From: an uncultured Chloroflexia bacterium
GTDB taxonomy: Bacteria > Chloroflexota > Limnocylindria > QHBO01
Assembly: GCA_963770875.1 (NCBI GenBank)
Contig: CAVYRE010000006.1
Span: forward strand, 329,619-393,618
Direction: 5' to 3'
Length of the DNA: 64,000 nucleotides
Part shown: piece by piece, positions 11,527 to 22,631 of the stretch
Layout of the letters: each line of letters opens with the position of its first letter
Position numbering within the stretch: the first letter of the stretch is position 1
Translations under genes and position numbers: made by a program
Notes under the pieces: model-generated
Told to the model about the DNA's origin: nothing
Database searches by the model: none
What the model saw: only the letters and a program-made list of their open reading frames with translations

Positions 11527-12911
11527 ATGGCCGTTCCTCGCCGCGCGCGCCGCACCCTGCCGGTCGTGGCGCTGGCCGGCCTCCTCCTCGCCGCCTGCAG
11601 CTCGCCGACCGGCAGCCCGACCGCCCCGCCTCCGCCTCCGCCTCGACCTCGCCGTCGGCGAGCCCCTCGCCCGACGCTTTCACCCACGCCAGCCCCACGA
11701 CCGCGCCGACCGCCCGCCCGACTGCGACGCCGTCCCCCACCCCCGTGCCGACGCCCCGCATCACGCCAGCGCCCTCTCCCGTCGCGACACCCAAGCCGGC
11801 GGGTACCGGCCCGGATCACCTTTCCGCCCAGCTGGTCGTCTCGGGGCTCGCGGACCCGATCGGGGTGACCAATGCGGGCGACGGAAGCGGGCGGCTGTTC
11901 GTCGTGCAGCGGTCCGGCCAGGTCCGCGTGATCAATCCGGACGGCACCCTGCGCAGCGCACCCTTCGTCGACCTGTCGGGAGCTGCCCGATTCGTGAGCG
12001 GCGGCGAGCAGGGCCTCCTCGGCCTCGCCTTCCATCCCAACTTCGCCGCCAACGGACGCGTCTTCGTCGACTACACCCGTGGCGACGGCGGTGGCGCATG
12101 GCAGGAGGTGGTCTCGGAACTGAGCGCCTCGCCTGACCGCAGCACCGCCAGCGCGGCGAGCGAGCGGATTCTGCTGGTGGTCGACGATCCGTTCAGCAAC
12201 CACAACGGCGGTCAGCTCGCCTTTGGGCCGAACGGATACCTGTACATCGCCATGGGCGACGGCGGCAGCGGCGGAGACCCGTACGGGAACGGCCAGAACC
12301 GGCAGGCGCTGCTCGGCAAGATCCTGCGCATCGACGTCAATGGCGCGCACGCCACCGGCAAGGAGTACGCCATCCCGAGCGCCAACCCGTACGCTCCCGG
12401 CGGCGTCTCGCCGGGCGGCGGGCTGCCGGAGATCTGGGCCTATGGCCTGCGCAACCCGTGGCGCTTCAGCTTCGACCGCGGCACCGGAGACCTCTACATC
12501 GGCGACGTGGGCCAGAACACCTGGGAGGAGGTGGACCGCCAGCCGAGCGGGTCGGGCGGCGGCGAGAACTACGGCTGGAACGCCTTCGAGGGGCGGCACT
12601 GCTTCGCGAGCTGCAGCGGCGTCACCTACATCCCACCGATCGCCGAATACAGCCACGGCAGCGGCTGCTCGGTCACCGGCGGCTACGTCTACCGCGGCGC
12701 CGCACAGGCTGCGCTCAAGGGGTTCTACGTGTTCAGCGATTACTGCAGCGGCACCCTCTGGACCGTGCCCGCCGGCGCCGGCAACAAGACGATGAAGGTG
12801 GTCGCCAGTACGGGCCTCAACATCGCCTCCTTCGGCGAGAGCCAGGCCGGTGAGCTGTACCTGGTCGACATCAGCGGCGGCGCCCTGTACCAGGTGGTGA
12901 TCGGCAGCTGA
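11527..12911 (+). CDS. Lipoprotein, PQQ-dependent soluble sugar (glucose/sorbosone-type) dehydrogenase beta-propeller; frameshift near 11620-11650
   Basis: Lipoprotein signal MAVPRRARRTLPVVALAGLLLAACSS is encoded in one frame from 11527. A Pro/Thr/Ser-rich linker and the propeller domain (GLLGLAFHPNF, DDPFSNHNGGQLAFGPNGYLYIAMGDGG, GLRNPWRFSFD) lie in the frame of track ORF 11424..12911. The N-terminus of the track ORF is antisense junk overlapping glgE. Confidence 0.65.
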
Positions 12912-12920
12912 ATCGGCTCG

Positions 12921-13601
12921 CTACAGCGCGCCCAGGGCGCGCAGGCTGACCCACCTGCCGTGGCCGATCACCAGGTGATCAACCAGCTCGATGTCCAGCA
13001 GCCGCCCGGCGTCCGCCAGCTCGCGCGTGATGCGCAGGTCCTCGGGCGAGGGGGCCGGATCGCCCGACGGGTGGTTGTGCACGACCACGAGCGCGGCCGC
13101 GTGCCGTCGGACCGCGTCGCGGAAGACCTCGCCGACGCGCACCGACGAGCCCGCCAGGTTGCCCGCATAGACGGTGACGATCGCGGTCACCGCGTTCTTC
13201 GTATTGAGCAGCACGGCGCGCAGCTCCTCGCGCGGCAGGTGGCCCATGGCCGGCAGCAGCCGGTCGGCGAGGTCCGCCGGCGTGCGGATTCGCCACCCCT
13301 CGGCCGGCCAGGCGGTCGCGACGCGACGACCCAGCTCGAGCGCCGCCACCAGGGTCGCCGCACGGCGACGACCGATCGGCAGCAGGTCGAGGAGATCCGC
13401 GCGGGCCAGGCCGGGGAGCCCACCTGGGTCGACCAGCGCCAACGCGCGGCGCGCCGGCTCGCCCGCCCCGACCACGATGCGGAGCAGCTCCTCGTCGCCC
13501 AGGGCCGCCGGGCCGAGCCTGGCCAGGATGGTGACCGCCGAGGCGCCGGAAGCCTCGGACGGTCGCTCCAGCGGTGGCAGCGGGCGAAGCACGGCGGACA
13601 C
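12921..13601 (-). CDS. radC: RadC-family JAB-domain protein
   Basis: 226 aa. HNHPSGDPAPSPEDLRITREL motif (JAMM-like). Confidence 0.8.
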   Translation of the reverse strand: MSAVLRPLPPLERPSEASGASAVTILARLGPAALGDEELLRIVVGAGEPARRALALVDPGGLPGLARADLLDLLPIGRRRAATLVAALELGRRVATAWPAEGWRIRTPADLADRLLPAMGHLPREELRAVLLNTKNAVTAIVTVYAGNLAGSSVRVGEVFRDAVRRHAAALVVVHNHPSGDPAPSPEDLRITRELADAGRLLDIELVDHLVIGHGRWVSLRALGAL

Positions 13602-13654
13602 GCCGGGAGCCTAGGGCCCGGTGCCTGATCGCGCCATTACCGGCGCCTTACCGA

Positions 13655-14658
13655 TCAGGTCGGAAGCGAGATGACCCCGAGGCGAACCAGCAGGGTGATG
13701 GTGACGGTGATGGCGTTGAACCCGGCGTGCATCAGGATCGTGGCCGGCAGGCTGCGCGTGGACCGATAGACGAGGGCCAGCCCAACTCCCAGGTGAAGAT
13801 CGGCAGCAGCAGGAAGAGGCTGCCGTGGATCACGGCGAAGAGCGCGGCCGAGCCGAGCACCGCCACCCGGGTTCCGTGCTCCCGCTCCCAGGCGTTGAAG
13901 ACGACCCCGCGGAAGAAGAGCTCCTCGGCGATCGGCGCCACGACCACCACCGCGACCACGATCACCGTCGCGTCGCCGCGCTGCATGACCGTGTCCACGA
14001 TCGAGGTGTCCTGCTGGACGCCGAGGGCCTGCAGCACGCCGGCCGAGAGGTTGGCGAGGATCGTGACCGCGACCCAGCCCGGGATCGCGAGCGCAAGGCC
14101 GATCGCCATGCTTCGCCACAGGTGCGACGCGGGGAAGATCCGCAATCCGGCCAGCGCCCTGGGTGCCACCACCAGCCCGCCGGTCACGACCAGGAGGCCA
14201 ACCTGGGTCGCGGTGAGCTGGACCAGCGTCCCGCCGACGGAGAGCTCGCCCCCGTCGAAGATGGCGACTGCGGTCGAGGCGGCGAGGAGCGAGACGACGA
14301 CGCCCACCATGATCGCCTGCGCCAGCAGCACGAAGATCGCGGGACCGCGGTAGCGACCGAGGGGAAGGGCGGCTCGAACGATGAGCGCCCGGATCGTATT
14401 GAGCACCAGCCCGACGATGAGCGCCAGGCCGCCGAGCACCAGCAGCAGCAGCGGGCCGATCAGCCGCTCCACCGTCTGCGGATCCGGGTTGCCACTGACG
14501 AGCTCCGGATTGGCCAGGATCGCGGCGCTGGGAAGGACAAGGCCGACCGCGATCAGGACGATCGAGATCAGCTGGAGTGCGCGGTGGCGGCTCAGGAGGT
14601 CGCGGTCGGCGTCGAGCGGGAGCTGAGCCCTGCCACGCGCCCTCGGGCCGGGGCTCAT
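13655..14658 (-). CDS. CPBP-family (CAAX protease / Abi) intramembrane metalloprotease; frameshift near 13800
   Basis: ATG at 14658. Multiple transmembrane segments. Motif 1 APIAEELFFRG and motif 2 FAVIHGSL are in the frame of ORF 13732..15258. Motif 3 ILMHAGFNA and the C-terminus are in the frame of ORF 13655..14713. The frames change between FLLLPIFT and LGVGLALVYRS. Confidence 0.65.
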
Positions 14659-14675
14659 CCACCGGCGGGCCGGGG

Positions 14676-15254
14676 TCAGGGGTTGGAGGCGGGACGGAGT
14701 CCAGGCTCGGCACCCAGCTCGGCGGAACGCGCCGGCGCGGGGCGCTCGATCACGCGCTCCAGCGGACGGACCGCGGCGGGCTGGAACTCGTGCCCGCAGT
14801 AGGCGCACAGCGACCACTCCGGGTCGGCCAGGCGGCTGCACGACGGGCAGACCCGATGCAGTCGCGTCCGGCAGTTGGGGCAGACCAGCCAGTCGGCGTG
14901 GACCCGGTCGCGGCAGACAGGACACAGCTCGTTCTTCTCGACCTCGGCAAGGAGCGACTCCTCGGCGAGGGAGCGCTCGTAGACCTCGGCCAGCGACTCG
15001 CGGGGCCGCACGATCAGGTACAGCACCACCGCGAAGAGGAAGAGGAGTGGGGTGAAGAAGATGATCAGCGCGGACGCGAAGTACGGGAGGATTGGGTTCT
15101 CGGACCTGGCCTGCATGTCGCGGAAGGCCCAGTAGGCGGTCCCGAGCCAGAGCAGGACGACGTAGATCACGATCAGCGTGCCAGCCGTCTGGACCAGCGG
15201 GTTGGTGATGAAGTCGTTCCAGATCTTTCCCGGATCCGGCAGGCCAGTCGGCAT
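14676..15254 (-). CDS. Membrane protein with two N-terminal transmembrane segments and a C-terminal double zinc ribbon
   Basis: 192 aa. CPVCRD…CPNCRT…CPSCSR…CAYCGHEF. Its stop lies 18 nt upstream of the CPBP start. Confidence 0.6.
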   Translation of the reverse strand: MPTGLPDPGKIWNDFITNPLVQTAGTLIVIYVVLLWLGTAYWAFRDMQARSENPILPYFASALIIFFTPLLFLFAVVLYLIVRPRESLAEVYERSLAEESLLAEVEKNELCPVCRDRVHADWLVCPNCRTRLHRVCPSCSRLADPEWSLCAYCGHEFQPAAVRPLERVIERPAPARSAELGAEPGLRPASNP

Positions 15255-15893
15255 TCAAGGAGCCTCGCTGAGGGTCCGCCGCGCACGAATCGGCGCTGGC
15301 GACGCGCCGGTCATGCTAGCAGATAGGTGCGCAAGGACCTCCACCACCACCCTGTGCTCGACCTCCAGCACGCGCCCGGCAAGCTCGGTCGCGGATTCTC
15401 CGGGCCGCACCGCGAGGCGCACCTGCTCGATCGGCGGACCCTCGTCCAGGAGCAGGGTCACCTCGTGGATGGTCACCCCGGTCTCGCCATCGCCGGCGGC
15501 CAGGACCGCGGCGTGGACCGCGAGCCCGATCATCCCCGGTCCACCGTGCCGCGGCAGGAGCGAGGGGTGGACGTTGATGGTGCGGCCGCCGAAGGCCGCG
15601 AAGTAGGGCGCCCGCAGGAGCTGGTCGTAGCCGGCGAGCAGGGCCAGCTCGCAGCCGGCCTCCGCGAGCGCCTCGCCGATGGCGCCGTCGCGTGCGTCGG
15701 CATCGACGAAGTCGGACCGGACGAGAAGCCGCCACGGCACGCCGCGCCGCGCGGCCACCTCGAGCGCGCGGATCTCGGGCCGGTTGGCGATCACCAGGGC
15801 CGGCTCCACCCCGGGGAGGCGTCCATCGGCGACCGCATCGAGCACCGCCTCCAGGTTCGACCCCCTGCCGGAGACGAGGACCCCGAGGCGCAT
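15255..15893 (-). CDS. purN: Phosphoribosylglycinamide formyltransferase
   Basis: 212 aa. MRLGVLVSGRGSNL and NVHPSLLPRHGG motifs. Confidence 0.85.
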   Translation of the reverse strand: MRLGVLVSGRGSNLEAVLDAVADGRLPGVEPALVIANRPEIRALEVAARRGVPWRLLVRSDFVDADARDGAIGEALAEAGCELALLAGYDQLLRAPYFAAFGGRTINVHPSLLPRHGGPGMIGLAVHAAVLAAGDGETGVTIHEVTLLLDEGPPIEQVRLAVRPGESATELAGRVLEVEHRVVVEVLAHLSASMTGASPAPIRARRTLSEAP

Positions 15894-15897
15894 CGGC

Positions 15898-16929
15898 CTA
15901 GATGAACGAGACGCGGTCTGCCCCGGGTGCGACGGGCACGACCGTTCCGACCCGACGCGCCTCCGGCACGGCCGCCTGTGCCGCCTCCACCAGCTCGGGC
16001 CGGACGACGCAGGTGAGGCCGATCCCGAGGTTGAAGGTGCGGACCATCTCGTCGTCGCCGATGTCGCCGCGCTCCTGGATCAGGCTGAAGATGCGCTGGA
16101 CGGTCCACGACCCCAGCTCGACCTCGACCCCCAGGTCGGGGGGCAGCGTGCGCGGGACGTTGTCGACCCAGCCACCGCCGGTGATGTGGGCGAGCGCGAG
16201 CGCGTCGCCCCCGGCGGCTCGCAGCCCGCGGCGCAGGAGCCGGATCTCGTCGAGGTAGGTCCGATGCGGCTCGAGCAGCTCTTCGCCGATCGAGCGATCG
16301 AGGCCCGGGGCGCTGCGTCGCCGGTCGTCCTCGGAGAAGATCTGGCGCGCGAGCGAATAGCCGTTGGTGTGGAGGCCGCTCGAGGGCAGGCCGAGCAGCG
16401 CGTCCCCGGCACGCACCCCGCTGCCGTCGATCACGTCGCGGCGCGCGACCACGCCGACGATGAAGCCGGCCAGGTCGAAGTCGTCGCCGTGGTACAGGTC
16501 CGGCAGCTCGGCCGTCTCCCCGCCGACGAGCGCGACCCCTGAGGCGGCGCAGGCGTTGGCGATCCCCGTCACGATCTGCGCCGCCACCTCGGCGTCGAGC
16601 CGGCCGACCGCCAGGTAGTCGAGGAAGAAGAGCGGGTCGGCGCCCTGCACGGCGATGTCGTTGATGCAGTGGTGCACGAGGTCGATCCCGATGCTGTCGT
16701 AGCGCCCCAGCTCGATGGCGATCTTCAGCTTCGTCCCGACGCCATCGGTCGACGCCACCAGGACGGGGTCGGGGTAGCCGCTCGGGTCGAAACGGAAGAG
16801 GCTGCCGAAGCCACCGACGCCACCGAGCACCGCCGGCGTGGCGGTCGTCGCCGCAGCGCGAGCGATCAGGTCGACGGCGCGACGCGCCTCGTCGATGTCG
16901 ACCCCGGCGGCGCGGTAGCGGGCTCCCAC
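15898..16929 (-). CDS. purM: Phosphoribosylformylglycinamidine cyclo-ligase (AIR synthetase)
   Basis: PurM similarity begins near AGVDIDEARRAV. Inferred GTG start at 16929..16927, just after the purF stop. The N-terminus of the track ORF overlaps purF and is not real. Confidence 0.85.
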   Translation of the reverse strand: MGARYRAAGVDIDEARRAVDLIARAAATTATPAVLGGVGGFGSLFRFDPSGYPDPVLVASTDGVGTKLKIAIELGRYDSIGIDLVHHCINDIAVQGADPLFFLDYLAVGRLDAEVAAQIVTGIANACAASGVALVGGETAELPDLYHGDDFDLAGFIVGVVARRDVIDGSGVRAGDALLGLPSSGLHTNGYSLARQIFSEDDRRRSAPGLDRSIGEELLEPHRTYLDEIRLLRRGLRAAGGDALALAHITGGGWVDNVPRTLPPDLGVEVELGSWTVQRIFSLIQERGDIGDDEMVRTFNLGIGLTCVVRPELVEAAQAAVPEARRVGTVVPVAPGADRVSFI

Positions 16930-16934
16930 CTCGA

Positions 16935-18467
16935 TCAGCCCCGCTCCAGCGCGAACTTGTCGACGTCGAGCGGCACGTCGACCGGGTAGCGGCCGTTGAA
17001 GCAGGCCGTGCAGTGGCGCTCCTTCACGCCGCCGACCGCCTCCAGCAGGCCATCCTCGGAAAGGTAGCCGAGCGTGTCGGCGCCGATCGTGCGGCGAATC
17101 CCGTCGAGCGACAGGTTCGCCGCGATCAGCTCGGCGCGGCGCCCGGTGTCGACCCCCATGTAGCACGGGAAGCGCATCTGCGGCGAGTGGATCCGGACGT
17201 GCACCTCGCTGGCCCCCGCCCGTCGCAGCATGGCGACGATCGGGCCGGTCGTCGTGCCGCGCACGATCGAGTCGTCGACGACCACCACCCGCTTGCCGGC
17301 GAGCACCTCGGGGAGCGGGTTGAACTTGAGGCGCACCGAGGCCTCGCGCGAGGTCTGCCCGGGCTGGATGAAGGTGCGCCCGACGTATCGGTTCTTGATC
17401 AGTCCCTCGCGGAAGGGGAGCCCCGACTGCTCGGCGTAGCCGATGGCGGCGGGGATCGCCGAGTCCGGGACCGGGATCACAAGGTCCGCATCGGCCGGGT
17501 GCTCGATCGCCAGCTGCCGCCCCATCCGCAGCCGGGCCTCGTAGAGGAGGCGTCCGCTGATGACGCTGTCGGGCCGGGCCAGGTAGACGAACTCGAAGAC
17601 GCAGAGGCGCTCCCTGGCGTCGCTCGCCTCGGGGCTCACCCCCGGGCGATACGCGTGCACGCCCTCCTCATCGATGGTCAGGATCTCGCCCGCCTCCACG
17701 TCGCGCACGAAGGTGGCTCCCATGGCGTCGAGCGCGACGCTCTCCGAGGCGACTGCCCAGCCGGCCGGGCGCCCCTCGGGGTCGTGCAGCCGACCGAGGG
17801 CGAGCGGACGGAAGCCAATCGGGTCCCGGGCCGCGACCACCGCGTGCGGGGTCAGCATCGTGAAGGTGAAGGCGCCCGACGCGCGGTGGAAGGCATGCTC
17901 CACCCGCTGTGCCCAGCTCCGCCCGGGGGCGTGAGCGATCAGCTTGGCGAGCACTTCCGTGTCGCTGGCGGTGACGAACTCGACCCCCTGCTCGGTGAGC
18001 GCGTCACGCAGCCAGGTGGCGTTCGTCAGATTGCCGTTGTGCCCGAGCATCAGTTCGCCGAGCTCGCTCTCCGCGTAGACCGGCTGGACGTTGGGGAGGC
18101 TGTTCGACCCGGTGGTGCTGTAGCGGGTATGCCCGATCGCCAGCCTCGCGGCGTGGCCGCTGGCCGGTCCCTCCTGGTCCGCCTCGAGCCGCGCCAGGGT
18201 CTCCTCGTCGAAGATCTGTCCCACCAGCCCGAGGCGCTTGTGGAGGGAGAGCCGCCCGCCGTCCGAGACGGCGATGCCGGCCGACTCCTGGCCACGATGC
18301 TGGAGCGCGTGCAGGCCGAGGGCGGTCAGGTGCGCGACCGGCTGGCCCGGGGCGTAGACCCCCACCACACCGCACTCCTCGCGCGGCCCGTGGGGCTCAT
18401 AGCGCGGCAGCTCAGGGAGGTGGAGTCCCGCCTTGGGAGGGGCGATGTGCAGGGCCGTCCGTCGCAC
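16935..18467 (-). CDS. purF: Amidophosphoribosyltransferase; propeptide and start codon uncertain
   Basis: Ntn-hydrolase Cys in …PREECGVVGVYAPG (Cys codon 18372-18374), then a PRT domain. The true start lies somewhere between 18374 and 18608. The GTG at 18467 is one candidate. Confidence 0.8.
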   Translation of the reverse strand: MRRTALHIAPPKAGLHLPELPRYEPHGPREECGVVGVYAPGQPVAHLTALGLHALQHRGQESAGIAVSDGGRLSLHKRLGLVGQIFDEETLARLEADQEGPASGHAARLAIGHTRYSTTGSNSLPNVQPVYAESELGELMLGHNGNLTNATWLRDALTEQGVEFVTASDTEVLAKLIAHAPGRSWAQRVEHAFHRASGAFTFTMLTPHAVVAARDPIGFRPLALGRLHDPEGRPAGWAVASESVALDAMGATFVRDVEAGEILTIDEEGVHAYRPGVSPEASDARERLCVFEFVYLARPDSVISGRLLYEARLRMGRQLAIEHPADADLVIPVPDSAIPAAIGYAEQSGLPFREGLIKNRYVGRTFIQPGQTSREASVRLKFNPLPEVLAGKRVVVVDDSIVRGTTTGPIVAMLRRAGASEVHVRIHSPQMRFPCYMGVDTGRRAELIAANLSLDGIRRTIGADTLGYLSEDGLLEAVGGVKERHCTACFNGRYPVDVPLDVDKFALERG

Positions 18468-18693
18468 CAGGGTCAGCGTGCGAGGAGCGGTCGGGGCACG
18501 CGCCGATGATAGCGGAGCGAGCCCCTCCGGCGAAGGCACACGGACGAAGGTACGGGCCCGGTACGGCACCGCACCGCACCAGCCGGTTGAAAGCTCTCGA
18601 CGGCCCACGATTCCAGAAAAGGGATGACCTTCGGGTCATGGTCGGGGTGCCTGCTGCGGCCCATGCTCACCCCGTTCTCGCATCCCTTCAGGA

Positions 18694-20385
18694 GTGGCCT
18701 GGTCCATGTTCCGACTCATCCGGGTGCTCGGATTCCTGGCCCCGGTCCCGGTCGTCCTGCTGGTGATGGCCGCCTATGCGCTGGTGCCCGGGGCCGAGGC
18801 TCGACAGCTGCTCGTGCTCGGCACCCTCTCGACGCTCGCGGCGTCGGCCGGCGCCACCCTCATGGCGCTCGCGACGGGGAGCTACTTCTCCTGGCGAATG
18901 CACCGCCTGGCCCTGGCGCTGGAGGCCACCCTCGACACCGATGAGCCGATCCGGATGCGGGTCGCCGGCAGCGTCGCCGAGCGTCGCCTGGCTCGCGCCT
19001 TCAATGCCGCCAGCGGCGCCTTCGTCCAGGTGGAGGCACGCGCCGCCCACGACCGGCTCACCGGGGTGGCCAACCGCGAGACGCTGCTCACCACGCTGAA
19101 CACGGAGATCGAGCGCGCGACGCGGCATCACAAGTGGCTCTCGGTCGCCTTCATCGACATCGACCGCTTCAAGCCGATCAACGACACCTTCGGCCACCAC
19201 AGCGGCGACTCGGTCCTGCGCGAGATCGCGGGGCTGATCCGCGACAACATCCGGGCGAGCGACCTCTTCGGCCGCTATGGCGGCGAGGAGTTCATGCTGA
19301 TCCTGCCGGAGACCAACCCCGAGGACGCCACGGTGCTCGCGGAGCACCTGCGCGGGCTGGTGATGGAGCACCCGATGCGGGTCGCGCAGGAGCAGCCGCT
19401 GCGGGTCACGATCAGCATCGGGGTGGCGGGCGACGTCGGCTCACAGCTCCAGGCGGACCGCCTGGTCGACCAGGCCGATGCGGCCATGTACGCCGCCAAG
19501 TCGCTCGGGCGCAACCGCACCTATCGCTACCGCGCGGTCGACGACAACGCACCGGTCCGGCGCGCCCCGATCTCGGCGGAGCGGCGCGCTGCCGCCACGG
19601 CGATCGGCCAGTGGGCGAGCGACACGGCGGCGGAGGCGCTCGCATCGGTGCTGGCCCCGCAGCCGCACCACCGCGGACAGCCGTCCGACATGATCGCCTC
19701 GCTCGCGACCGGGATCGCGCTGGAGCTCGGCCTGCCGCACGAGGAGATCGAGCGGATCCGGATCGCCAGCCTCCTGCACGACCTCGGCAAGCTGGCCGTC
19801 CCGACCGAGATCCTCGACAAGCCGACCACCCTCTCCGACGTGGACTGGCAGGCGATCGGCGAGCACCCTCGGATCGGCCAGGTGATCCTCGAGCAGGCCT
19901 CCTCGCTGCGCGAGGCGGTCCCGGTGGTGCTCCATCACCATGAGCACTTCAACGGCAGCGGCTACCCGCACGGGCTGCGCGGCAAGGAGATCCCGCTGGG
20001 CGCCCGCATCGTGGCCGTCGCCGATGCGTACCACGCCATGGTCCACGACCGGCCGTACAAGACCGCCCGCGACCACCAGGACGCGCTGCGCGAGCTGCGG
20101 GTCAACGCCGGCACCCAGTTCGACCCGGAGATCGTCAACCTCTTCTGCCAGCTCTACGCCCTCGGTGTCCCGCCCGATGGCCTTGCCGAGGTCTACTCGC
20201 TGCACCAGCGGGCTCGCGACGGGCTCCAGCAGATCGACCCGAGCGAGGCGATCACGCTGCTGGGCGCCGGCGGCCCCGGGCACGGCCACGTCCACACGAA
20301 CGGCAACCGACACAAGCGAGGCGGCCGCGAGCTCACCGCCGAGGACGCCACCACCAAGCAGCCGACCGATCAGGCCGCCAGCTAG
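18694..20385 (+). CDS. Membrane-anchored GGDEF diguanylate cyclase fused to an HD-GYP phosphodiesterase domain
   Basis: 563 aa. Two N-terminal transmembrane segments. RYGGEEFMLIL (GGEEF motif). HD-GYP domain: LLHDLGK … HHHEHFNGSGYPHGL. Confidence 0.8.
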   Translation: MAWSMFRLIRVLGFLAPVPVVLLVMAAYALVPGAEARQLLVLGTLSTLAASAGATLMALATGSYFSWRMHRLALALEATLDTDEPIRMRVAGSVAERRLARAFNAASGAFVQVEARAAHDRLTGVANRETLLTTLNTEIERATRHHKWLSVAFIDIDRFKPINDTFGHHSGDSVLREIAGLIRDNIRASDLFGRYGGEEFMLILPETNPEDATVLAEHLRGLVMEHPMRVAQEQPLRVTISIGVAGDVGSQLQADRLVDQADAAMYAAKSLGRNRTYRYRAVDDNAPVRRAPISAERRAAATAIGQWASDTAAEALASVLAPQPHHRGQPSDMIASLATGIALELGLPHEEIERIRIASLLHDLGKLAVPTEILDKPTTLSDVDWQAIGEHPRIGQVILEQASSLREAVPVVLHHHEHFNGSGYPHGLRGKEIPLGARIVAVADAYHAMVHDRPYKTARDHQDALRELRVNAGTQFDPEIVNLFCQLYALGVPPDGLAEVYSLHQRARDGLQQIDPSEAITLLGAGGPGHGHVHTNGNRHKRGGRELTAEDATTKQPTDQAAS

Positions 20386-20391
20386 GCAGGG

Positions 20392-22624
20392 TCAGAAGGG
20401 CGAGCTCCAGGCGGCTGCCAGCTGATCGAGGCTCGCGCCCAGGTGGGCCTCGCCCACCACGATCTCGAGCCGATCGCCACCGGCGGTTCCAAGGCGCGAG
20501 GCCGCCACCTCAGCGCCGCCCGCGGCTTCGGAGAGCCGAGCTTCGGCGGCCGGCGGCACGGCCAGCAGCACCCGACCGGCCCGCTCCCCGAAGAGGCTCG
20601 CCGTCGGGAAGGCGGTCGCCTCCGCGGGGAGCGAGATGGCGGCACCCGACGACGACGCGATCGCCAGTCGCGCCAGCGCCACACCCAGCCCGCCGACCGA
20701 CGCGTCGTGGGCTCCCGTCACGAGGCCGTCGGCGGCCAGTCGTCCCAGCAGCCGGACCAGCCTCGCGGCCGCCCCGAGGTCGAGCAGCGGCTCCCCGCCG
20801 AAGCGTCCGCGCCGCCAGGCCAGCTCCGAGGCGGACATGGCGGCGGCGTCCCACGCCGCCGCGCCGAGCAGCCAGATCGCGTCGCCGGGACTCCACCGCA
20901 TCGGCACGGCCCTGGTCCGATCGCGCAGCAGCCCCACGGTCCCGACCACCGGGGTCGGCAGGATCGGCCCGTCCGGCGTCTCGTTGTAGAGGCTCACGTT
21001 GCCGGAGACGATCGGGACGCCGAGCTCCCGGCAGGCCTCCGCCATCCCAGTCACCGCCTCGGCCAGCTGCCAGTAGCCGGCCGGCTGCTCCGGCGACGCG
21101 AAGTTGAGGCAGTTGGTGAAGCCGATCGGCTCGGCACCGCTGCACGCGACGTTGATCGCGCCCTCCACCACCGCGGACGCCCCGGCCAGGCGCGGGTCGA
21201 GCGCCCCGATCCGGCCAGGACCGTCGAGCGCGAGCGCGATCGCGGCGGCGGTGCCCTTGATGCGCAGCAGCGCGGCGTCGCCGACCCCGGGGCCGACCAG
21301 CGTGTTCGTGCCGTTCATGTGGTCGTAGCGGCGCCAGATCGGGCGCCGGCTGCGCGCGTTGGGGCTGGCCAGCAGCTCGAGCAGCGTGCTCGCCGAGGGG
21401 GCCTGCGCGGCGAGGTCGTCGAGTCGCTCGGCGCGTCGAAGCCGCGAGGTCGGCGGGCGGCGCGGCGGCCGGGGTGTAGCGCGGCGCATCGTCGGTGAGT
21501 GCCCGGCCGGGCACCTCGCACACGACCGTGCCGCCGAAGAGGGCGCGGACCAGCGGCTCGGCGATGACCCGCCCGATCGTGGGCGCGTGCAGCTCGTAGC
21601 GATCAAAGACGGCGCGCACCTCCGACTCCCGCCCGGCGCGCACCACGATCAGCATCCGCTCCTGTGACTCGCTGAGGAGCACCTCGTAGGGAGTCATGTG
21701 CGGCTCGCGGCGCGGCACGAGGGCGAGGTCGACTTCAGCGCCGCAGCCGCCGCGGGCCGAGACCTCGGCCAGCGCGCAGGTCAGCCCGCCGGCGCCGAGG
21801 TCCTGCATCGCGACCACCGCGTCCGAGCCGTTCAGCTCCAGGCAGGCCTCCATCAGCAGCTTCTCGAGGAACGGGTTGCCGACCTGGACCGCCGGCCGCC
21901 GCTCGTCGCGATCCTCCCCGAGCGAGGCGGACGCGAAGCTCGCCCCCTGGATCCCGTCCCGGCCGGTCGAGGCGCCGACCAGCAGCAGGGCGTTGCCCGG
22001 CCCGGCGGCGCGCGCGAGCGTCATCTCGTCGTGACGGGCGATCCCGACGCACATCGCGTTGACCAGCGGGTTGCCGTTGTAGGTCGCGTCGAAGCCGATC
22101 TCGCCGCCCACGTCGGGGATGCCGATGCAGTTCCCGTAGCCCGCGATCCCGGCCACCACCCCGCCGAGCAGGTAGCGGTTCCGGGTGACCGCGGCGGCAT
22201 CGGTCCGGCCGGTGGCGTCCTCGAGCGGGTCGAGCGGACCGAAGCGCAGCGAGTTCAGGAGCGCGATCGGCCTGGCGCCCATCGTGAAGATGTCGCGGAT
22301 GATGCCGCCCACCCCGGTGGCCGCACCCTGGTACGGCTCCACCGCCGACGGGTGGTTGTGCGACTCGACCTTGAAGACGACCGCCAGCCCCTCGCCGATG
22401 TCGATCGCCCCGGCATTCTCCCCGGGGCCGATCAGGACCCGCTCGCCGCGGGTCGGCAGGAGGCCGAGCAGTGGGCGCGAGTGCTTGTAGGCGCAGTGCT
22501 CGCTCCACATGGCCCCGAACATCCCGAGCTCCACCGGATTCGGCTCGCGGCCGAGCGACGTCACGACCAGCTCGTACTCCGCCTCGGTCAGCCCGTGTCG
22601 CTCCGCCGGCGCGGCGATCGTCAC
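20392..22624 (-). CDS. purL: Phosphoribosylformylglycinamidine synthase subunit PurL; frameshift near 21440-21480
   Basis: The N-terminal two thirds lie in ORF 20510..22624, up to …[15 protein letters not shown]. The C-terminal third lies in ORF 20392..21606, from …[23 protein letters not shown]… onward. The remainders of both track ORFs are Arg/Pro-rich out-of-frame junk. Confidence 0.8.
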
Positions 22625-22631
22625 GGAGCGA

